A DNA stretch of 64,000 bases, taken from assembly GCA_017654855.1 (NCBI GenBank), contig CM030332.1:7378001-7442000 (forward strand). The letters are read 5' to 3'. This document shows, piece after piece, positions 60,813-64,000 of this stretch. The DNA is from Podospora anserina (lineage: Eukaryota). The notes under the pieces were generated by a model that worked only from the letters and a program-made list of their open reading frames with translations, searched no databases and had not been told where the DNA came from. The position numbers and the translations under genes were made by a program. Each line of letters begins with the position of its first letter. Within the stretch, counting starts at the first letter, position 1.

Positions 60813-61899
60813 TGGTGATTCAAGGGGTCCAAAAACTGCTTTCAACAATCAACGTAATATGGTGCACCTACTACCACCTCATCACGTTGATCAACCGTCC
60901 CCTCATGTGCTCTCGAGCTTTTATATGACGTTCAGGGGCTTTTGTTGGGGGTAGTGACAGTCGGTATAGTAAATAAATAACTGACACGAAGTTGAGAGGC
61001 AAAGATTAGGTGAGGGCCTGCACGGGAGGGGTTAGTTGGGTCCATCGAGCCCGAGTGTTCTGGGTGTTTGAAACTTGCTTTGGTTTTTTTTTATTTTTTT
61101 TTTTATTTTTTTACTTTCTTCATGTGCGATTTACAGAGGATAGAGTAAGCGCGCAGCTTATTGGAAAATGTCGTGTTTTTTTTTCGTGATGACATGGTGC
61201 TTCGTGGTAAGAAATGTGTAATACATCGGCAACAGACATTGCGTTCTTGTCTACCTACTCGCATCTCTCTATAGGGGCAGTGACATGAATAAAACATTCA
61301 CACACAAACATCACAGAAGTAGAATTCGGCATAATACAAGTCCAATTAAGATAGTCCCGGCTGGTATCAAGACGAACCAGAAATATCAACTACCAACAGG
61401 ATTTACAAAGTTCCGCTCATAATGATCATCGAATACAAACATGATACACACTCCAGGATGTCGACGAAATCAACATCCCACTCTCCTGTTGCCTTCCCAA
61501 ACTCCACCGAGCTATCCCTGACCCCATCCCTTCACCACTAAACCCCCATTTGTTAATGTTCCGTGTTCTCCAAAAACGACCAGAACCCCCTTGCCAAGTA
61601 TTTCCAGCCCAAAAAATGCAACGCCAACTTGTCAGTGGTCACCCATCCCCAGAATGAAATATTCATCTGCCTGTTTGTTGCTATCCTCCCTTTTTTCGCC
61701 TTACTTCCTGCCGATTTCCCAAAAAGCCATGCATGCCTGAAAGAGATTCCAAATGTTGGAAGAAAATGCAAAGAAGCAATAAAACCGCAAAACTGCAAAA
61801 GAACAGCACAAAAAGCAACCCATCACTCCCCATGGACCCTGCCCCATAATGAACCAAAGACCTGTTGACCATTGCTGAATATCGTGATAGAAGAATGAC

Positions 61900-63522
61900 T
61901 CAGTATCCGAGTTTTCGGGTGGGCTTGGCAACTTTCTTCTTCTTGGGTGCCTCCATCCTAGGATCGTCAAAGAAGCTGTTGTTGCCCTCGGGCGAGTGGT
62001 CAAACAGCGACTCGTCTGGCTCTGCAAACTGTGGATGCCAGCCATTTGACGGGCAAGCCGACCTTCCGGATTCCCGATACTTCAGGAGAGCATCATAGGT
62101 CCTGTCCAACAGAGGCTTCGCATACTCATTGCTGTCCATCTTGGTGGTGTCCTCGTTGTCGAGCTTGCGAGAAACAGCTTTGTCGATGGCGTTCCGGCGT
62201 CGCTCACGCTCGGCACCGATGGCTCCAATTGGTCTCTGCACGCGGCCATTCGTTGAATCATGTATCTGCTGGTCCTGTTTGTCCAACTGATTTTGTGTCT
62301 GCTTTTGCGCTTCTTGGTCCAAAGGGGAAAATTTTGAAGGCACCGCCGGACGAGGGGTGTACTGCCCATCATAGTTGGACGGGAAGCCTGCTGGAAAGTA
62401 CTCCATTGCCTTTTCGGGAGGAAGAGTATCGTGCACAGGGCCTTTCTTTGGGTCCTGGTCACTTGGTCGAAATGGGGTGCTCGAAGAAGATCGCCGCAAG
62501 TCGGGGGAGGCGCGCGACTGCTGGGCAGTTGAACCGTAATTCCCAGACAAATTGTGCTGAAGCAGCTGGCTCGGATGCTCTGCATCATGCCCCCTGATGT
62601 CTCCATCACGGAGAGCCATGTAGTTGACGCCAGCCTGAAAAGGCTGTCTGATGATGGAAGGTTTAGTCTGGTGCCCGATTGGAAAGAGGGGACGGGCCGC
62701 GGAAGTTTCGTTTTGGCTTTCCAAACGGCCGATGCGCGCAGAAGAGGTTGTTGGATCAAAACCATTCCGCTTGAACTGACGCACGCCTGGAGGCCCTGCC
62801 GTCAGTGGCCGAGGGGGTCCGGATGAAGCAGTGGAAGGAAGACCAGCAGGGTTGACTGTGGACCTATCTCTTCCAAATCCAATGTCAGACGTGGTAGAAG
62901 ATAGAGGAGACGGAATCTCAGAACGACTGAGCAAAATGTTAGCTGGTCGAGCTCTCGCAAGTGCTTTTTGAGCAGCCTTCTGCATTGGATTGGGATAGGA
63001 TGCAAGATTGGTGAGACTCTTGACCGTCATCTTTGACGATATTAGGGTGTCCTTGGATGCAACACCATCCTCATCGTCCAATACCGAAGGAGCTGTAGGA
63101 GGAGGAGGAGGAGGAGAAGGAGGAGGAGGAGGAGGAGGAGGAGGAAGATTTTCTGACCGAAATTGAGGAGGCATCGTCATAGCGAGGTACTCCTGTTCGT
63201 TGATGGGGCTGAGGGCACGATCGTAATTCTGCTGGAGAGGCGTATACTGCTTCAGCACGGCGGCCGTAGTAGGCGGAGACGGAGGTGATTTCTCCTTCAG
63301 AAGGGCCCTCAAGGGATCTGTGAAGTCGAACGGGTCTCCTAAAGGGGACTCCGGAGGTTGGGGGAATCTCCTAGTTCTTGGCCGTCTGGTGGGCGCCTGA
63401 ATGGGGGCTGCTGCGCTGGGGTTGTAAATGGAACCCACCGTGGTGTAGGTTGGTTGCTTCTTGGCTTCCACGTCTGCAGCTGCGGTCATGGAGATCTTGG
63501 AACACGATGAAGCTACATCCAT
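61900..63522 (-). CDS. Hypothetical Pro/Ser-rich protein (~540 aa)
   Basis: Long ORF (ATG at 63522 or 63489) with a poly-Pro tract encoded by (CCT)n. Ordered-looking islands: YTTVGSIYNP, QYTPLQQNYDRA, KSLTNLASYPNPMQKAAQ, PRPLTAGPPG.RQ, DHSPEGNNSFF. No family recognised. Confidence 0.75.
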   Translation of the reverse strand: MDVASSCSKISMTAAADVEAKKQPTYTTVGSIYNPSAAAPIQAPTRRPRTRRFPQPPESPLGDPFDFTDPLRALLKEKSPPSPPTTAAVLKQYTPLQQNYDRALSPINEQEYLAMTMPPQFRSENLPPPPPPPPPSPPPPPPTAPSVLDDEDGVASKDTLISSKMTVKSLTNLASYPNPMQKAAQKALARARPANILLSRSEIPSPLSSTTSDIGFGRDRSTVNPAGLPSTASSGPPRPLTAGPPGVRQFKRNGFDPTTSSARIGRLESQNETSAARPLFPIGHQTKPSIIRQPFQAGVNYMALRDGDIRGHDAEHPSQLLQHNLSGNYGSTAQQSRASPDLRRSSSSTPFRPSDQDPKKGPVHDTLPPEKAMEYFPAGFPSNYDGQYTPRPAVPSKFSPLDQEAQKQTQNQLDKQDQQIHDSTNGRVQRPIGAIGAERERRRNAIDKAVSRKLDNEDTTKMDSNEYAKPLLDRTYDALLKYRESGRSACPSNGWHPQFAEPDESLFDHSPEGNNSFFDDPRMEAPKKKKVAKPTRKLGY

Positions 63523-64000
63523 TGAGACGGTGAGTATTTTGGCAATCAAGCTGCAGAAAAGCGGATCCAGAGCGAGAGGGTGTGAATGTGATGGGTGATG
63601 AACGAGCTCGAAGGTGGATCAGATGTGGTTTCGAGAGCACCAGTTTTCAAATCGAACGAATTTCTTTTTCTCTCGGGGGATGAAATGATTATCGAACTGT
63701 ACGGAAGAGTCGAAGATTGAAGAATGATGAGTGGGAATTGAGACTGGGGAGTGAGAGGGTGACGCGTGGATAAGTGCTGGTGTCGAGATGGCGAGGAGAA
63801 GAATGGAGGTTGGACATACCGCTGCCACGGGGCCTGTATGTGAACCCTCTGTTGTTACCTCCTGCAAAAGAATTCATCGAGTTGTAGGCGTGGTCTCGGA
63901 ACATGTTTTCTCTTTCGCTGGCAAAGCGAGGCAGCTGCTCTTTCCGGCAGGTGAGGTGGTGGGAACGGTGAAGGGGCTGTTGGAAGGCGCGCGGTGTCGT

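Overview
Gene-dense eukaryotic DNA from a filamentous ascomycete, probably a Sordariomycete of the Podospora/Chaetomium type. That assignment is an inference from short GT-AG introns with CTRAY branch points, the gene set and AT-rich RIP-like islands. I can support 19 protein-coding genes: SEA3/MTC5 (5'-truncated), a dienelactone hydrolase (DLH), a Nudix hydrolase, a head-to-head leucine-catabolism pair (ivdA/mccB), a D-arabinitol-dehydrogenase-like SDR, a DUF1752-like protein, a Seg1-like eisosome scaffold, CTI6, MTG1, SLS1, NSE3, YSF3/SF3B5 (missed by the ORF track), a MYND-like Zn-finger protein, palI, an ABC1/ADCK kinase, an AspE-type septin and two hypothetical proteins. No rRNA, convincing tRNA, CRISPR array or intact transposon is visible. 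The most interesting signals are regulatory. (1) The DLH stop codon sits inside a splice donor; removing a 59-nt intron appends a PTS1-like -RGKL tail. The same gene has an optional presequence-like N-terminal extension and tandem CCTCGG motifs, so it may be targeted to three compartments. (2) The U2 snRNP gene YSF3 has an ATG-only first coding exon followed by a GC-AG intron. (3) An Aro80-type CGG-N7-CGG-N7-CGG array sits in the ivdA/mccB bidirectional promoter. All family assignments come from motif recognition by eye; no database searches were run.
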